Shown here piece after piece: positions 18,456 through 28,098 of a stretch of DNA of 64,000 nt (its first letter is position 1; each line of letters starts with the position of its first letter). Both the position numbers and the translations under genes were made by a program. Under the pieces are notes generated by a model. It had not been told where the DNA came from. It worked only from the letters and a program-made list of their open reading frames with translations, and searched no databases. Origin of the DNA: Leptospira biflexa (lineage in GTDB: Bacteria; Spirochaetota; Spirochaetia; Treponematales; Rectinemataceae); the NCBI GenBank assembly GCA_020721875.1, contig DYLX01000001.1, positions 41,995-105,994 of the forward strand. Reading direction: 5' to 3'.

Positions 18456-19633
18456 GCTCAGTCTATCTCGATTGGGCCGCCACTGCCCTTCCTGACTGCG
18501 ATGTACAGCAGCAAGCGCTCTCCCTCAGTTTAGAATCATATGGCAATCCATCGAGCGCACACTTGTTCGGAAAGGGCGCGCGCGAACTCCTCGAAGAAGC
18601 ACGCAAGAACATCATCCAAGCCATGGGAATCCCAAAGGGCAACTTCTGTTTTACAGGAAGCGGAACCGAAGCTGACCAAATTCCACTGCTTGCCCTCCTC
18701 CGCAAGGTTGGCCGAGCCGGACGAAGCTGGAAACCGATCCACATTGTTGTCTCTTCTATCGAACATGCTGCGATCGACGCCCAGACTCACCAACTTGAGA
18801 AGATGGGCATCGATGTCGCATGGATCGATCCTGACGCGCGTGGCTTTATCGACCCCCAGCGCGTCGCCGACCGCGTCCGCGCCGATACCGCACTTGTGGC
18901 AGTGATGGCTGTCAATAATGAAACAGGAGCCATACAAGACATCCCCGCGATCGGCCATGCAGTAAAGGAAGCTGCTGCCCGCGCGGGTGCCCGCAGTCTC
19001 TGGTTCCACGTAGACGCAGTGCAGGCGCTCGGGAAGCTTCCGATGCGAGCGCTGGCGTCTCATGCGGACAGCATTGCGGTATCCGCGCACAAAATTCGAG
19101 GTCCAAAAGGAGTCGGCGGGCTCTGGATTGGTAAAACACTTGAAGTGCTTGCCCTCGGCGGGGGACAGGAGCAGGGAATTCGTTCGGGCACCGAGAATGT
19201 ATTCGGCGCCATCGCCTTTTCTATGGCCACACAGAAGGCATACAACTCAATAGAAGCCCAAAATGAGCTCGCCCGAAACCTTGAAACGAGGCTCATCGAG
19301 GGTGTCTTGAGGATTTCGGGACCGCTTCTTGTGCCGAATAGAAGCATTGGGGATTCAGGTTATGTACCGCATATCGTCTCTCTGGCCTTCCCAGGAGTCG
19401 GTGGTGCAACCATGGTTCGTGCGCTCTCTGATCGCGGTATTGCCGTCTCAACCGGGTCAGCCTGCTCCTCAAACAGGAACCGCCAAGGGAGGCGTGTACT
19501 CAAGGCGATGGGAATACCGGAAGATCTCGCGCTCTGTACGCTGCGGGTCTCCACAGGAAGCACCTCGACACCAAGCGACATCGATGCATTTCTGGAGCAC
19601 GCCGAGGACTTGTACAGAAAGCTTAAAAATTGA
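18452..19633 (+). CDS. class V aminotransferase / cysteine desulfurase (NifS/NifZ/IscS-like)
   Basis: YLDWAAT N-terminus, PLP-lysine region SAHKIRGPKGVG, active-site loop STGSACSS. The ATG at 18452 overlaps the upstream TGA (ATGA). Confidence 0.9.
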   Translation: MSSVYLDWAATALPDCDVQQQALSLSLESYGNPSSAHLFGKGARELLEEARKNIIQAMGIPKGNFCFTGSGTEADQIPLLALLRKVGRAGRSWKPIHIVVSSIEHAAIDAQTHQLEKMGIDVAWIDPDARGFIDPQRVADRVRADTALVAVMAVNNETGAIQDIPAIGHAVKEAAARAGARSLWFHVDAVQALGKLPMRALASHADSIAVSAHKIRGPKGVGGLWIGKTLEVLALGGGQEQGIRSGTENVFGAIAFSMATQKAYNSIEAQNELARNLETRLIEGVLRISGPLLVPNRSIGDSGYVPHIVSLAFPGVGGATMVRALSDRGIAVSTGSACSSNRNRQGRRVLKAMGIPEDLALCTLRVSTGSTSTPSDIDAFLEHAEDLYRKLKN

Positions 19634-19644
19634 TACTACAGGGC

Positions 19645-20853
19645 ATGCGGTCATTCTTTCTCATAAAACCAGGCGAAATCGAACTTAAGCTCGGGAACAA
19701 GCGCGAATTCATTCAGCGGCTCAAAGAGCAAATCCATCTCCGGCTCAAGGGAATTCAATTTGAACTCGAAGAGTACCCCGGGCGATTTTTCCTGAGCATC
19801 GATGAAGAATACACTGAGCTCGCCCTCTTTGTGCTCCAGCACTGCCCAGGTGTCAATGGAGTTGCGCGTGCGATTAAGACCATCAAGCAGCCCGAGGCGG
19901 TGGTCGCGGCAGCCATCCAGTGCGCCCGTGAGCAATCTAGGCGGGGCGCGAAAACATTCAAGGTAGAGACCCGGCGATCCGATAAAAGCTTTCCTCTCGA
20001 CTCTTATGGTACGACCGTTTCGGCTGCCGACGCGATTCTGTCGGATGAACCTACCCTCTCAGTCAACGTTCATCGCCCAGATTTTACACTAATGATTGAG
20101 ATACGTGAGCGCGCGTACGTCTATGCCGACACACTGCCTGGCCCTCGAGGACTTCCTACAGGCACACAAGGTAAGGGCCTTCTTCTTCTCTCAGGCGGCA
20201 TCGACTCACCGGTTGCCGGCTACATGATGGCGCGGCGAGGGCTCGCTCTCGAGGCTGTATATTTTCACACCTACCCCTACACCTCGATCGAGGCGCAGCA
20301 GAAGGTCGAGCGACTAGCCACCCGCTTGGCGGCCTGGACCGGGGGCATCTATCTCTGGATCGTGCCCTTCACTGAAGTTCAACAGAAGATCGCTAAAGGC
20401 CATCGTGAGGAAGCAAACACGCTCATGCTGCGAATGGCCATGATGACCGCGTCTTCTCACATAGCGAAGCGGATCAACGCGAAGGCCATCGTAACAGGCG
20501 AAAGCCTAGGCCAGGTTGCGAGCCAAACTGCAGAAAACATGCGTCTCTCGCAAAGTCCTTCGGTGCTGCCAATCTTCAGGCCACTCATTGGGATCGACAA
20601 AGAAGAGACTATTGCGCTTGCGAAAAAAATCGGCACCTATGACATATCGATTCTGCCCTACGAAGACTGCTGCGTCCTCTTCAGCCCGAAACATCCAATC
20701 CTCAAACCGGATTTTAAGGAACTGTCAGATTATTATGCATCCCTCGAGCTCGAGCCACTCATCCTCGAGTCAATTTCGCGCGCCGAAGACAAATTGATCC
20801 GATTCGCGGAGTCATTAGGGGAGTATGGACTTTTCGAAGCAAAGCCTCGCTAG
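19645..20853 (+). CDS. thiI: tRNA 4-thiouridine(8) synthase ThiI, no rhodanese domain
   Basis: N-terminal ferredoxin-like and THUMP region, then the PP-loop LLLLSGGIDSPVAGYMM. About 400 aa, so it lacks the C-terminal rhodanese domain of E. coli ThiI. Confidence 0.9.
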   Translation: MRSFFLIKPGEIELKLGNKREFIQRLKEQIHLRLKGIQFELEEYPGRFFLSIDEEYTELALFVLQHCPGVNGVARAIKTIKQPEAVVAAAIQCAREQSRRGAKTFKVETRRSDKSFPLDSYGTTVSAADAILSDEPTLSVNVHRPDFTLMIEIRERAYVYADTLPGPRGLPTGTQGKGLLLLSGGIDSPVAGYMMARRGLALEAVYFHTYPYTSIEAQQKVERLATRLAAWTGGIYLWIVPFTEVQQKIAKGHREEANTLMLRMAMMTASSHIAKRINAKAIVTGESLGQVASQTAENMRLSQSPSVLPIFRPLIGIDKEETIALAKKIGTYDISILPYEDCCVLFSPKHPILKPDFKELSDYYASLELEPLILESISRAEDKLIRFAESLGEYGLFEAKPR

Positions 20854-21104
20854 AGCGATGCCTTGAATCCAGCCCAACCAACGATCGGCACCTCCGAAAT
20901 TGAGAAATCGCTGGAGAAAATCACAGTCGCGCCCCCTCCAAGTTGGAAAATCCGCCTTTTATCGAGCCCGAACCAGAGTGAGAGATCGCCCGAGACCACT
21001 GGTACTTCAGTGAAGTCGGCGCCTTTGCTGAGCACGTAGTAAAATATGTAGAGTCCTCCAAATGCCGCCTGAAGCGAAATACGCGAAATATTGATCTCTC
21101 CCAT
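20850..21104 (-). CDS. hypothetical small beta-strand-rich ORF (possible remnant)
   Basis: ORF only. Alternating hydrophobic pattern, no clear RBS, no recognisable family. Confidence 0.2.
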   Translation of the reverse strand: MGEINISRISLQAAFGGLYIFYYVLSKGADFTEVPVVSGDLSLWFGLDKRRIFQLGGGATVIFSSDFSISEVPIVGWAGFKASL

Positions 21105-21195
21105 GACCGACGGGTAAGCCGTGGAATTGAAGTTGATATATAATTATCAGCTTCTATATTACCATGCCCCTCCCCCGCGCGCCACGCCCATCAAT

Positions 21196-21225
21196 AAAAA
21201 AAGCTGCTCCTTTCGAGGGCAGCTT
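21196..21225 (-). terminator. intrinsic terminator after tRNA-Glu
   Basis: On the minus strand: AAGCTGC-11 nt-GCAGCTT followed by T7, starting 2 nt after the tRNA 3' end. Confidence 0.8.
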
Positions 21226-21226
21226 A

Positions 21227-21298
21227 TATCCCCAAGGGGAATCGAACCCCTGTTGGCGGGTTGAAAACCCGCTGTCCTAACCGCTAGACGATGGGGAC
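21227..21298 (-). tRNA. tRNA-Glu (anticodon TTC)
   Basis: Reverse complement reads GTCCCCATCGTCTAGCGGTTAGGACAGCGGGTTTTCAACCCGC...GGGGTTCGATTCCCCTTGGGGATA. Anticodon loop TTTTCAA. Confidence 0.9.
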
Positions 21299-21354
21299 CT
21301 TGGCAGATCATCCAAGGCATAATCAATACGCTTTTACCCTGGCGACCGGCAGTG

Positions 21355-21383
21355 AAGCTATCAGAATTTTATCGAGCTGTCAA
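21355..21383 (-). promoter_or_regulatory. putative sigma70-type promoter for tRNA-Glu
   Basis: Minus strand TTGACA (21383-21378), 17-nt spacer, TAGCTT (21360-21355), about 50 nt upstream of the tRNA. Confidence 0.45.
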
Positions 21384-21405
21384 TATATTCCAGAAACTCG
21401 AGCGG

Positions 21406-22737
21406 TTAAATCTCTTCTTTGGCGAAGTGCTCCGCGATTTTCTTCTGAAGCTCGAGCGCAAGATTGTTGTCGGGCTTTATGCGGAGTGCAATTTCACAGT
21501 CTGTATGCGCCTGCACGTAATCGCCGAGCTGCCACCAGCACAGTGCGCGCCGGTAGCGTGAAAAAAAGTGGTACGGATGAATTTCGAGGGCTTTTGTGAA
21601 ATCATCGATCGCCTGTCTGAGCTCTTGCTGAATACTCTTCACGACGCCTCGGTAGTACAGCGCCTTGTAGCAATCGGGGTCGAGTACAAGACAGCTTGTA
21701 AAATCTGCCAGGGCGCTCGCGTACTTCGATTGCGCAAAATATGCCATCCCCCGATGCTTGTAGACTACCGCGGATATGGCTGGCTCTGGTTTTCTTGCGA
21801 GTATTTCAGAATAGATCGATATCGCGTTTTCAAAATCTGAACCATTGTGCGCGTCGAGTGCGGAGAGTAACAGCGTGTCGAGATCGAGATTGGACCACTT
21901 ACTCTGGACAATGTCTGAGGATTCGACGCTGGACGTCTTTGTCGAGTCGTGTTTTGACCGTACCGGCAAAGGTAGGCTCTCTTTGAGTTCCTCTGAGAAG
22001 CCGAACACGATCGAGCTCGCCTGTTCTATCTTTCCATAGAAAGCCTCGCGCCTCTTCTTGAGTGCATCGTTCAATTTCTTCTGATAGTCGAGGATTTCCT
22101 GAAAAATGATGTCGGAGAGCGTGAGTGTCGCGTTGAGTGCGGCGAGCTTCCGCTTGAGAGGTTCGTCGAATGGCGTGAACTCCGCCTTATACACCAGCTC
22201 ATGCTCCACTTCTGCCCAAGCTTCCTGAAGTATGGTCCTGAGCTGGATCTCGATGACATTGCGTTCGAGGCCCTTGCAGAGCTCCAAAACTTCTTCGGGA
22301 ATTTTAATGAGAACATGAGTAGACTCATATCCAAATTCTTTGAATGATCGGTTCTGGCCTTTTCGTTCGATTTCGATCACGTCGTAGTGCTGCGATATTA
22401 CGGATTCGACTTCGTCCAGATCTCTCAAGAAGGGGCAGATAATGCGCATTGCAAGCACATCGTTTACGGGAAGCGGTGGTTCGTGCATATCCCACGCGTT
22501 TTTTAAGAGCTTAATCTTTTTTGAGAAAAAAGACTCAAAATCTTTCACTCGGCTCTTAAAGGTAGGATGAATGCCCTTGCGCTGCAGTAGTCGAGAAATT
22601 TCCCGCAGCACCTTGGTCAGGGCTTCTTCATAATTCGCTCTATTTTTTGCATACAGCTCTGCGAGCAGTGCTTTATCAGGAATGCTCTCGATATCGCTCA
22701 TATGGCTAAAGGTAGCATGTTTATTTGAAATTGACAA
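21406..22737 (-). CDS. small alarmone synthetase (RelA/SpoT synthetase domain) fused to a C-terminal TPR domain
   Basis: Synthetase motifs VLAMRIICPF, FGYESTHVLIKIP and IEIQLRTILQEAWAEVEHELVYK. The C-terminal 170 aa or so are TPR repeats (AISIYSEILARKP..., YKALYYRGVV..., ALEIHPYHFF...). Confidence 0.85.
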   Translation of the reverse strand: MSISNKHATFSHMSDIESIPDKALLAELYAKNRANYEEALTKVLREISRLLQRKGIHPTFKSRVKDFESFFSKKIKLLKNAWDMHEPPLPVNDVLAMRIICPFLRDLDEVESVISQHYDVIEIERKGQNRSFKEFGYESTHVLIKIPEEVLELCKGLERNVIEIQLRTILQEAWAEVEHELVYKAEFTPFDEPLKRKLAALNATLTLSDIIFQEILDYQKKLNDALKKRREAFYGKIEQASSIVFGFSEELKESLPLPVRSKHDSTKTSSVESSDIVQSKWSNLDLDTLLLSALDAHNGSDFENAISIYSEILARKPEPAISAVVYKHRGMAYFAQSKYASALADFTSCLVLDPDCYKALYYRGVVKSIQQELRQAIDDFTKALEIHPYHFFSRYRRALCWWQLGDYVQAHTDCEIALRIKPDNNLALELQKKIAEHFAKEEI

Positions 22738-22782
22738 ACAAACTCCGCGTCGGCTTGAGGATTGATTCCAAGAAGTGAGCGC

Positions 22783-23247
22783 TTATCGAGAGAGGTTGCT
22801 GTTGATGTAGAGATAGATGCGGTAGCTGCCAGGAATGGTGGCTCGGAGACTCTCTTCGATCGCGTGCTTGAAAGTCGAGTATTCAGGGGAAAAGCTTACC
22901 ACATCTTTGACTGAGAAGTCCAGGAAAATCGCATTGTTGCCCGAAATCACGCGCTCGAGCTCGATATTGGAGTGAATGATGGGCTGTAATTTCCTCGAGA
23001 TCGGTCCAAGAAGGAGTTCGTGCACAACCTCGGTCGCCTTCGTTTCCAGAGAACCGATCGGCGCAATGGCGCGACGCTCTACCGCGAGAGTCTGGCTGTC
23101 TCGTTTGGGGAAATAGAGCTTCATACCGCTGTACTGGAGACTTGGTCCTCGCCAGAGGACAAAGGCAACCCCGACAAGGATGATGGCAGCAATGATATAA
23201 CGCTCGATGTGTTGTTGATTCTTCATTTCACCCATACTATTGTTCAA
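22783..23247 (-). CDS. GerMN-domain-like membrane-anchored protein
   Basis: N-terminal TM helix, then a segment resembling GerMN (ATEVVHELLLGP...). Immediately downstream of, and overlapping, the amidase gene, which is a common pairing. Confidence 0.5.
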   Translation of the reverse strand: MNNSMGEMKNQQHIERYIIAAIILVGVAFVLWRGPSLQYSGMKLYFPKRDSQTLAVERRAIAPIGSLETKATEVVHELLLGPISRKLQPIIHSNIELERVISGNNAIFLDFSVKDVVSFSPEYSTFKHAIEESLRATIPGSYRIYLYINSNLSR

Positions 23248-24289
23248 AATGTACTATAAAATCGCAGACACCATTGTATATGGCATCGGCGATTCGTCTC
23301 AAGTAAGGCGATTGGGTGAGAAGCTCGGCCTCTTCTTTGTTGGTCACAAAGCCGACTTCGATTAATATGGAAGGCATCTTTGCGTTCCGAACAACAAACC
23401 ACTCTTCGGCGCGTATGCCACGTGCTGGACTTTTATCGCCGATCATGGTTCCCAAGCGCTGGTAGACCTTCTGTGCGAGTATGATGCTCTCTGTAGTGAA
23501 CTCTTCCTCCAGCATCGTGTTGATAATGGGTGCGATGTCCTGGCCCTTTTCCTTCGCTGTTTTTTCGTCCACCACCGTTCTACGATAGTTTGGGTTTAGA
23601 TACCAGACTTCGTACCCACGCGTATTTTTGTTGAAGGATGCGTTGGAGTGAATGGAAATGTAGATGACTGCGTCGGTCACTCCCAGCTTAATGTTGTTTG
23701 CCATGTCGACGCGGTCCTCGAGGCTCAGATAGGTATCGCCCTTGCGCGTGAGCAAGATAGTCCGCTCGGGATAACGAAGGCGAAGTAAATCGGTGAGACG
23801 TTGGGCGATCGCGAGATTTACATCTTTCTCTTGAAGTTTGAAGCCATCAAATTCACCGATCGCACCCGGATCTTTTCCGCCGTGCCCCGGATCTATTACG
23901 ATCGCTTTCACAGAATATTTCGTTGAAGCACTTGGTTTCGTCGCATAAAAATTCTTGAGGGCGTCAGCGAAATCTTTCTTCACCATCACCGTTCCCTGTC
24001 CTTCATAGGGCGCGGGGACGCTCTTCACAATGCTCCAGTCGAGGAGGATATACGGTATATCTGTGCCGAAGCGAACACTCTGGCCACTCCTACTGAAAGT
24101 ACCTGTGCGTGTCAGAGGGTCGTACTCGAGGGTAGCTCCCAGCGAGGTCGCGAGCGAGGTTGCGCTGACATCAGCTGGAGGCTTCTCGTCGTTGGCAAAG
24201 AGCGTGCGCGGGAATAATAGGGCTAATGCAGACATCACCATGAGGAGAATCACGCGTTGTTGCACCACTCTCGCGAGGTTCGCAGACAT
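23237..24289 (-). CDS. N-acetylmuramoyl-L-alanine amidase (Amidase_3, AmiC-like)
   Basis: Signal peptide. VIDPGHGGKDPGA and ISIHSNA zinc-amidase motifs. Confidence 0.9.
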   Translation of the reverse strand: MSANLARVVQQRVILLMVMSALALLFPRTLFANDEKPPADVSATSLATSLGATLEYDPLTRTGTFSRSGQSVRFGTDIPYILLDWSIVKSVPAPYEGQGTVMVKKDFADALKNFYATKPSASTKYSVKAIVIDPGHGGKDPGAIGEFDGFKLQEKDVNLAIAQRLTDLLRLRYPERTILLTRKGDTYLSLEDRVDMANNIKLGVTDAVIYISIHSNASFNKNTRGYEVWYLNPNYRRTVVDEKTAKEKGQDIAPIINTMLEEEFTTESIILAQKVYQRLGTMIGDKSPARGIRAEEWFVVRNAKMPSILIEVGFVTNKEEAELLTQSPYLRRIADAIYNGVCDFIVHFEQ

Positions 24290-24397
24290 CTGTTCCTTTT
24301 AAGATTCCAAAAAAGAATCTATTGCCCAACAATAGCAAGGATTAAGAAACCTGTCACCCCAAGGCATCGTTTTTTAATTTTTTTATTCATGTGGGCC

Positions 24398-24426
24398 TTG
24401 CGCCCTTCTCCAAGATACGCTATATA
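24398..24426 (+). promoter_or_regulatory. putative nrdJ promoter
   Basis: TTGCGC (24398-24403), 17-nt spacer, TATATA (24421-24426). Confidence 0.5.
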
Positions 24427-24441
24427 AGTCTACGATGCTAC

Positions 24442-24458
24442 CACTATATATTGTAGTG
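24442..24458 (+). promoter_or_regulatory. NrdR box 1
   Basis: CACTATATATTGTAGTG, palindromic arms CACTA/TAGTG around an AT-rich core. Fits the NrdR-box pattern (acaCwAtATaTwGtgt) and sits just downstream of the -10. Confidence 0.7.
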
Positions 24459-24467
24459 TTAGGTGCC

Positions 24468-24489
24468 CACACTAATATAGATAGTGTGG
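24468..24489 (+). promoter_or_regulatory. NrdR box 2
   Basis: CCACACTAATATAGATAGTGTGG, arms CCACACTA/TAGTGTGG. Second box about 28 bp (centre to centre) from box 1 and directly upstream of the nrdJ RBS. Confidence 0.7.
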
Positions 24490-24510
24490 TTTTCGATTTA
24501 GGAGGATTGT

Positions 24511-27500
24511 ATGAAAGTAAAGCGATTATTTACAAGGTCAGGGAATGGCCCCTATGAAGGTATAACTTGGGAAAAACGCACGAGCGAAATTCGAAACCCC
24601 AACGGCACCGCCGTGTTCTCGATGGAATCGGTCATTGTCCCCTCGTTCTGGAGCCCCATCGCAAGCGATATCCTCGCTCAAAAATATTTTAGAAAAGCCG
24701 GTGTCCCCATCGACAGAGCCCGCGACTGGTCGAAGTACGTTCCAGCCTCACAGTGCGCGCTCTCCGATGTGTACCCCGATGATGGTTCTGAACACGATGC
24801 CCGTCAGGTATTCCATCGCCTCGCCTACACCTGGTTGCTCTGGGGCAAAGAAGCTGGTTATTTTGACTCTGATGCGGACGAAAAGGCATTCTACGATGAG
24901 CTCTGCTATATGCTCGCGCACCAGATGGCTGCCCCTAACAGTCCGCAGTGGTTCAATACCGGACTTTTCGCCGTGTATGGCATTGAAGGGCCCGCGCAGG
25001 GACATTTCTTTGTCGACCCACGTACGAACGAAGTCGTAAAATCTGAATCAGCGTATCAGCGTCCTCAGCCCCACGCCTGCTTCATCCTCGACGTGAAAGA
25101 TGATCTTGTCAACGAAGGCGGGATCATGGACCTCGTAACGAGAGAGGCCAGGCTTTTCAAGTATGGTTCAGGCACTGGGTCGAATTTTTCCAGATTGAGG
25201 GGGGCTAACGAGCGTCTCTCAGGCGGCGGTGTTTCCTCAGGCCTGCTCTCATTCTTGAAGATCGCCGATAGATCCGCGGGTGCTATAAAGTCCGGCGGAA
25301 CCACCAGGCGCGCTGCCAAGATGGTGATCCTTGACGCCGACCACCCCGATATCATGGAATTCGTGCACTGGAAAACAGAAGAAGAGTACAAAGTCGCCTG
25401 TCTCGCAGCAGGAAGCGGCATGTTGAATCACTATGCAGAGGCTATGATCGCCGCCATCGAAGAAATGGGGAGTGACGATGAGCAAAGCTATCTCCTCAAT
25501 CGTAACGCCAAACTTCGACAGGTGGTAAAGCTCGCCCTTGATTCAGGCGTGCCATCTTCATGGATCCACCAAGTGCTCACCTATTACTCTCAGACAAAGC
25601 AGGCTCCGCGTCTTCCGCTCTACAACACGGCGTGGGAGTCGGAGGCTTACAACACGGTATCCGGCCAATCTTCCAACAACTCGGTGCGCGTGAGCAACGA
25701 GTTCATGTACGCTGTCATCGACGACCTGGACTGGGAGTTGATCGGAAGAACGACGCAGAAGCCCTTTAAGAAAACGAAAGCTCGAGAGCTTTGGAACCTA
25801 ATCGCAGAATCCGCGTGGCTCTGCGCGGATCCTGGGCTCCAATTCCACACCACGGTGAACGAGTGGCACACCTGCCCTGCCGATGGAGAGATTCGAGGCT
25901 CGAATCCCTGTTCCGAGTACATGTTCCTCGACGATACGGCATGCAATCTGGCCTCGTTCAACTTGCTCTCATTCTACGATGAGAAGAGCAGGAAATTCGA
26001 CGAGATGTCGTATCGACACGCGATCCGCCTGTGGACGATGGTGCTTGAGATCTCTATCGTTATGGCACAATTCCCCTCTAAGGAGATCGCCAGAAAGAGC
26101 TTCGATTACCGCACCCTAGGCCTTGGATACGCGAACCTGGGGAGCCTTCTCATGGTGATGGGTTTGCCCTACGATTCCGACAAGGGGCGAACGGTATCCG
26201 CGGCGCTCTCGGCGATCCTTTCGGGCGAAGCGTACGCGCAATCCGCACGCATGGCGCAGGAGTTCGGCACCTTTGCACGCTATGAGGCCAACCGTGAGCA
26301 TATGCTCCGTGTCATACGCAACCATCGTCGGGCGGCGTACAATGTAAACGCCGAAGAGTATGAAGCGCTGACAGTCCTTCCTTTTGGTCTCGATCCTCTC
26401 CTCTGCCCAGAGAACCTCGCCCACGCAGCACGTGAGTGCTGGGACGAAGCGCTCGCACTTGGAGAGAAGTATGGCTTCAGAAATGCGCAGGTAAGCGCAA
26501 TAGCCCCGACCGGCACCATCGGGCTACTCATGGACTGCGACACAACCGGTATAGAGCCGGATTTTGCGCTCGTAAAGTTCAAGAAACTTGCGGGCGGCGG
26601 TTATTTCAAGATCATCAACACTTCGGTTCCTCCCGCGCTTAGAGCCCTCGGCTACTCTGAACAACAGATACGGGAAATAATCGAATACGCGCTTGGAAGT
26701 GGCACACTCGAAGGAGCTCCAGGCATATCAAGGACGGCGCTTCTTGCGAAGGGGTTGCCTGAAAAGGCCCTCAAGAGCGCAGAGAAAGCGTTAAAAAATG
26801 CGATAAGCCTCGAGAGCTGCTTCTCCAGCTATGTGATAGGAAAAGAGGCACTCGAGTCCCTCAACATTTCACAGGAAGAAGCGCAGTCTCCTGGTTTCAG
26901 CCTGCTCGCGCGCCTGGGATTCACTGAAAAGGAAATAGAGGCAGCCGAACTCTTCGCCTGTGGAACAATGGGCCTCGAAGGCAGTCCGCACTTGAGCGAG
27001 GATCACCTCGCAGTCTTCGACACGGCGACCCCCTCGGGGAAGCGAGGCAAGAGGAGCATCTCATGGCAGGCTCACATTGCGATGATGGCCGCTGTACAGC
27101 CCTTCATAACCGGAGCCATCTCCAAAACCATCAACATGCCGAACAATGTCAGCATCGACGATGTAAAGGGCGCGTACATGCTCGCCTGGAAGTCGATGCT
27201 CAAATCCATCGCCCTCTACCGCGATGGTTCCAAGCTCTCTCAACCGCTCGCCGCGCTCGCGCCCGGTTCCGACCTCATCGCGGATTCCATCGTTGCCCTT
27301 CAAACCGGAACCGAACCTGAACAGGAATCTAAAGAACCAGTGCAAGACGACCAAAAGGAGCGCTCGATCGCCGAAAAGTCCTCGGCATCCGCACCAGAAC
27401 CCGAACTCCCGGGATTGCCCTCGGCACCGCGCAGTGTTCGTCGCGCTCTCCCTAACCGCCGCAAAGGGTACACGCAGAAGGCCAAAATCGGCGGCCACTC

Positions 27501-28077
27501 CATCTTCCTCCGAACTGGCGATTATGAGGATGGAACGCTTGGTGAAATTTTCCTCGATATGCACAAGGAGGGAGCTGCTTTCCGGAGTATCCTCAATTCT
27601 TTTGCCATCGCGGTATCGTTAGGCTTGCAGTATGGCGTTCCTCTCGAAGAGTACGTTGAGGCATTTACCTTCACACGATTTGAGCCCAACGGCATAGTAA
27701 GCGGCCACGATTACCTCAAGATGTCCACAAGCGTGCTGGATTACATTTTCAGGGATTTAGCCATTTCTTATCTCCAGCGCTATGATCTCGGACAGGTCAA
27801 ACCTGAGGATCTCATCGCGACATCGACGCAGAATTTTTCAGACAAGGGGACGAGTGCCTTCGAGAGCGGGCGGCGGCAGAGACCGGCGAAGAAGGAAATC
27901 CCGAGTGGCGAACAAAGACCAGCTCAGATCAAAGATCAGGCCATACAGGCGATACGAATCGCACGACAAAAGGGCTATGAGGGGGACCCCTGTCCTGTCT
28001 GCGGCAACCTTACGCTTGTGAGGAATGGCACCTGTCTGAAATGCGACACCTGCGGATCGACCACGGGATGCAGCTGA
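24511..28077 (+). CDS. nrdJ: adenosylcobalamin-dependent ribonucleotide reductase (class II), long form
   Basis: RNR barrel motifs ([18 protein letters not shown] with the catalytic Cys, [18 protein letters not shown]). C-terminal zinc-ribbon CPVCG...CLKCDTCG. 1188 aa. Confidence 0.9.
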   Translation: MKVKRLFTRSGNGPYEGITWEKRTSEIRNPNGTAVFSMESVIVPSFWSPIASDILAQKYFRKAGVPIDRARDWSKYVPASQCALSDVYPDDGSEHDARQVFHRLAYTWLLWGKEAGYFDSDADEKAFYDELCYMLAHQMAAPNSPQWFNTGLFAVYGIEGPAQGHFFVDPRTNEVVKSESAYQRPQPHACFILDVKDDLVNEGGIMDLVTREARLFKYGSGTGSNFSRLRGANERLSGGGVSSGLLSFLKIADRSAGAIKSGGTTRRAAKMVILDADHPDIMEFVHWKTEEEYKVACLAAGSGMLNHYAEAMIAAIEEMGSDDEQSYLLNRNAKLRQVVKLALDSGVPSSWIHQVLTYYSQTKQAPRLPLYNTAWESEAYNTVSGQSSNNSVRVSNEFMYAVIDDLDWELIGRTTQKPFKKTKARELWNLIAESAWLCADPGLQFHTTVNEWHTCPADGEIRGSNPCSEYMFLDDTACNLASFNLLSFYDEKSRKFDEMSYRHAIRLWTMVLEISIVMAQFPSKEIARKSFDYRTLGLGYANLGSLLMVMGLPYDSDKGRTVSAALSAILSGEAYAQSARMAQEFGTFARYEANREHMLRVIRNHRRAAYNVNAEEYEALTVLPFGLDPLLCPENLAHAARECWDEALALGEKYGFRNAQVSAIAPTGTIGLLMDCDTTGIEPDFALVKFKKLAGGGYFKIINTSVPPALRALGYSEQQIREIIEYALGSGTLEGAPGISRTALLAKGLPEKALKSAEKALKNAISLESCFSSYVIGKEALESLNISQEEAQSPGFSLLARLGFTEKEIEAAELFACGTMGLEGSPHLSEDHLAVFDTATPSGKRGKRSISWQAHIAMMAAVQPFITGAISKTINMPNNVSIDDVKGAYMLAWKSMLKSIALYRDGSKLSQPLAALAPGSDLIADSIVALQTGTEPEQESKEPVQDDQKERSIAEKSSASAPEPELPGLPSAPRSVRRALPNRRKGYTQKAKIGGHSIFLRTGDYEDGTLGEIFLDMHKEGAAFRSILNSFAIAVSLGLQYGVPLEEYVEAFTFTRFEPNGIVSGHDYLKMSTSVLDYIFRDLAISYLQRYDLGQVKPEDLIATSTQNFSDKGTSAFESGRRQRPAKKEIPSGEQRPAQIKDQAIQAIRIARQKGYEGDPCPVCGNLTLVRNGTCLKCDTCGSTTGCS

Positions 28078-28098
28078 ATGAACCTTAAATTCGAGAGG

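Noticed and set aside
24290-24510. Cobalamin riboswitch upstream of nrdJ (also checked 12400-12479 upstream of the PduO-type gene)
   Set aside because: I could find no B12-box-like core or multi-stem aptamer. The region is explained by a promoter plus NrdR boxes.
27290-27450. Low-complexity Glu/Pro/Ser-rich stretch in NrdJ as a possible intein or insertion element
   Set aside because: No intein splice-junction motifs or endonuclease blocks. It looks like a flexible linker, which is common in long class II RNRs.
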